Of a stretch of DNA of 64,000 nt, positions 60,309 through 64,000 are shown piece after piece (the first letter of the stretch is position 1; each line of letters starts with the position of its first letter). Both the position numbers and the translations under genes were made by a program. Location: assembly GCA_977017645.1 (NCBI GenBank), contig OZ360243.1, positions 26,350,001 through 26,414,000 on the forward strand. Direction: 5' to 3'. The notes beneath the pieces were generated by a model. The model saw only the letters and a program-made list of their open reading frames with translations, made no database searches and was not told the origin of the DNA. The stretch is from Torpedo marmorata (lineage: Eukaryota).

Positions 60309-61945
60309 CTAGCAGAAAATATGTTTAAGATTGATTCAGTTCACATAAAAGATGGGAGTTCAAAAATTTTCTTTCCAAATCCAATGATTATTTCTTTTCA
60401 CTGGGCACTCATCGTGGTTTCAGTAATTTTATTAATTAATTTTGACAACAATATCAACCATTTATTTTAATCATAAACAGAAGCATTACCTTAGTCATAT
60501 TATGACATTTTTATGAGGGGCATAATGTTTCAATTTGATGTAAATACAAATGCCACATCTTAACTTTTCATCAAAACCAAAGATTTTATGTTAGATTGCT
60601 TGATGCGAATGGAAAAAAAGGTAAAGTCTTTATTCTCTTCACTGCCTCATGCAAAATATAGTCTTAATTGGCTGTTATATATAAAAAATGTATTTGAATT
60701 TCTCCTTATAAAAGGATATTCACTCTATTATTTGTTTTGAAAATTAACGTCCTAATTATTCTCCAATGAGATGATAAAAGGTGATAGTGTGCTGACCTTG
60801 CAAGACAAATTAATTACTATGATAGGGTCCAGAAAAAAAACATGCCCCTCTTTGCTTGTGATGTTGTGTCAAGTATTAATTAATCATAATTATCCTAATT
60901 GTAACACCTTAGTACCAATTTTCCTCATCTGCCCAGCTTGTATGTAAATAATGCATCATGTATTAATGTATGATTTGCTTGGAATCACCTAAAGCTACCT
61001 GTAAACTTGGTACAAGTCCACTGAGTTACTGGTTGGAACTCTTGTTTGTAACTTTTCAGTTAGTGTTACTTACATGCAGCATTTGAATGATTGCTAAACA
61101 CAAACTGCAACTTTGAAGGAATAATGACCTGGCAAATACTGTCTTCTGTGGAAATTATTTATTTATTTTATCCCCTTGTGAGGTTAATAAATTGCTTTCT
61201 CACTGGCCTGAGACATCTGTCTATGGAAACCCTCAAAAGTTAGCATTTTGGCAATAATAGTGTGCGTTGATTTCCTTGATCAATTTATAGTTGTGGGGTG
61301 AATCCATTGACGTGGAATTAGTTTACCATTTTCAATAACCAAAGAAAGGAAGCTTGCTGGAAGACCCTGGCGTGAGACAGCAGAAAAACAATGCCTTGAA
61401 CAGGGGAAAGTAATGGAATTAGCCACATTAGTCAGTGAACTGTGCTGGGAAAAAACATAAAAGTAATCTTTCCAGAGGAGAAAAAATAGGCCATGAACAT
61501 TGTGTGCAAACTGGCATAATTGAAAATCCCAAATAGAAAATGCTGATGGAACATAAGCCTAATTAATATCACGATTTCAGCATTCTAAATTATAACTTAC
61601 CATAGTTGTTCATTGAATAGTCCCATTGAGTTAGTTTATGGGCAAAGATATTATCTGTGTTAAACAAAAATTAACGTTAATCAAATGATCTAAGAAATTT
61701 AAATTTTATTATTTATTTATGACTGAATAAGACAGACTTTTTAATTATTTTGTATAATTCTACAGAGATACTAATATGCAAGCCAATGAATAAAAATACA
61801 TTATGAAAGACTTTTATATTGGCTTTAACAAAGAGAAAATGAAAATCACTTAAACATACAAAATGAGAAATTCAACAACATATATTCATCCTTTAATATC
61901 CAAGTATAATTATTAACTGTGTGCCTGCTGAGTACCTGGCAGTCC

Positions 61946-61951
61946 TTTATA
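61946..61951 (-). promoter_or_regulatory. Candidate TATA box (TATAAAGG) upstream of the mucin exons
   Basis: Motif and position only; the region is AT-rich. Confidence 0.25.
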
Positions 61952-63489
61952 ACAACCATAAATAGTACACTGCTGACAAGATGTTATCACCTCACAAATG
62001 TCAGCATCAACTATGAAGAATGAAAAGCAATAGACAAGATAAAATCCATTATGAAATATAAGCTGAAATTTTAAGATCAACATAAATTTTCACCCATAGA
62101 TGTTTTTTTTAAATTTTGAATCAATAATGATACAAGATTGAGGCCAATTTGAAAAAACTTGGTATAACAACTTATGTTGTAAGTGGTGAATGAAAAGGAT
62201 GCTGAGGGCATGTTGTCCAATCGGACCCGAAAGGAACATGATAGCATAAGCTTAAGTGGACCTGAAAGGGTGATGAATCTGCGGACCGTGCAGGATAAAC
62301 CGATAACAGGGATGGACAGCGCATGGAGAAAACTAAAGTAGGGAAAAAGGGAAACTTGCATTTATATTTCACCCTCTTGACTTTAAACATCCTAAATGCT
62401 TTATAGCTAGCCTGCTATTGTATGAAAGGCAGCAGCCAATCTGCATGCTGCAAGCACCCACAACCTGTAATGTTATATTGGCTGAGTGTTCTGTTTTAGT
62501 ATCTCTGGTATAGAATTTGAACGCGTAAACTTCTGACTTTGAAGCATCTGAGTTAAGGCCAAATAATTACTAAATACCTAATTACTAAAATAGGCTGATG
62601 CGATAAAATTGACAATTTAATTGCACTTTACATGCATTTCTGTGATTGGTAAATTTGATATCAGAACAGGTTTGTTTGGGGGTTGGGTTTTTTTTTCTTT
62701 TAACAAGTTTTGAACTAAATATTAATTGTTGTTATTGATCTGTGATAATAACAGAGAATTGGGGAATTTTAAGTTTGGTTTACTCCTGTCTTTTGCAGAT
62801 GTGTGTTATTATCAAGTGTTTTTTCTTGGGGAGGGGTTTCCCTTAATTTTATTTTATTTTATATACATATATATATAATGTTTTATAAATCCTTTACCAT
62901 ATATGTATTGGACTTTTATGTGTGGGGATATACTATTAAGTTAGTTTGTCATTAACAAATACTATAATGAATTAATGATTGGTTACTGGATTGTAGGGAA
63001 TGATTATCTCTTTAAGTTCATAAATAAACTTTAGAAAGGAATTATTACTCCTATACATGTATTGGATTGATTGGCTGTTATGGGGTTCTTTTTACAAGTT
63101 TTGGTATGGAGTTGGGACCCCCCCTTTTTTTTTTCCTTTTTTTTATTCCCTCCCCTTTTTTTTCTTTCTTCTCTCCGGGGAGGGAAAGTGTTAAATAACC
63201 CTTTATTTTTACAATTTACTAGGATTTCTTTTAACTATTTTAAGTTTGTTGGCTTGAGCTTATCCATCACAACCAAGTATTATGGGGTTTCTATTAGTTA
63301 GTGAGCGGATCTCCCTCATGTTGGGAGATCATCAGTTTGGGGTGGGCCGGGAGTGGGGGTGTATTAGTTTAGTGGGTAGGATAAGGTTACCAAAAGGTTT
63401 TGATGTATGTCTTTATGGATCCGAAATGGTGGTCTCCGGGGTTGGCGGAGCTCTCGGGTTAGTAACTGTGGAATAATTATTTAGTTGGA

Positions 63490-64000
63490 ATGGTTCCAAT
63501 CAACATAGTATCATGGAATATTAAAGGTTTGAATGGCCCTATTAAACGGTGTAGAATAATGGCACATTTAGGACAATTAAAGGCAGATGTGGCCTTTATT
63601 CAAGAAACCCACATTAAAAATTCTGATAAAGATAGATTCATGTTTAGATGGAAGGGTCAATTTTTCCATTCCTGTTCTGAAGCAAAAATCAGAGGAGTTT
63701 CGATATTAATTAATCAAAATATTCCATTTGTATTACATAATAGTATATTGGACAAACAAGGTCGTTATATTATTTTAATAGGTAAATTATATAATAAACT
63801 GGTGGTATTGGCGAACGTTTATGCTCCAAACATTGATGATCCAGCCTTTTTTGAAAAGTTTTTTTTCCTTTTTACCTGATTTAAATCAGTATTCATTGAT
63901 GTTGGGAGGTGATTTTAATTGCTGTTTGAATACGGTTTTAGACTGTTCTTCGTTAAAATTAGCAACTCTCTCAAAATCTGCAGTTTTATTACATTCTTTT
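63490..64000 (+). mobile_element. L1-clade LINE ORF2 5' part (APE endonuclease), frameshifted near 63870, runs off the window; upstream T/G-rich spacer from about 62660
   Basis: IVSWNIKGLN..KR..FIQETH..GVSILI..D.QGRY..LANVYAPN; GGDFN in the shifted frame. Confidence 0.9.

Noticed and set aside
62175-62390. More GC-balanced island with TG...CA-like ends (possible solo LTR or exon)
   Set aside because: No TSD and no recognisable translation or splice context, so it cannot be supported.

Overview
Eukaryotic, vertebrate DNA, most likely a cartilaginous fish (inferred from the V-SINE/HE1-type SINEs, shark-type CR1, Rex1/Babar and Penelope repeats). Almost the whole window is one minus-strand gel-forming mucin gene of the MUC19/FIM-B.1 type. 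I traced 27 phase-consistent exons (60308 down to 24281, about 1177 codons) encoding VWD1-C8-TIL, VWD2-C8-TIL, D-prime and VWD3-C8-TIL. They are followed by a PTS region built from one 93-nt exon and 13 symmetric phase-1 micro-exons of 45-57 nt, plus three dead or broken copies; the gene continues past the left edge. The introns are packed with L1/Tx1, Rex1/Babar, CR1, RTE, Penelope, SINE, pogo, Tigger-like and hAT elements. Most notable: (1) an L1 insertion flanked by a perfect 229-bp direct repeat that duplicates a whole mucin micro-exon with its splice sites; (2) transposon and rearrangement events adding or removing micro-exon cassettes; (3) one GC-rich cargo module shared by three unrelated non-autonomous DNA transposons; (4) hammerhead-like motifs in Penelope termini, including a 98-bp stand-alone insertion. 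All alignments and translations were done by eye. The signal-peptide exon was not resolved.
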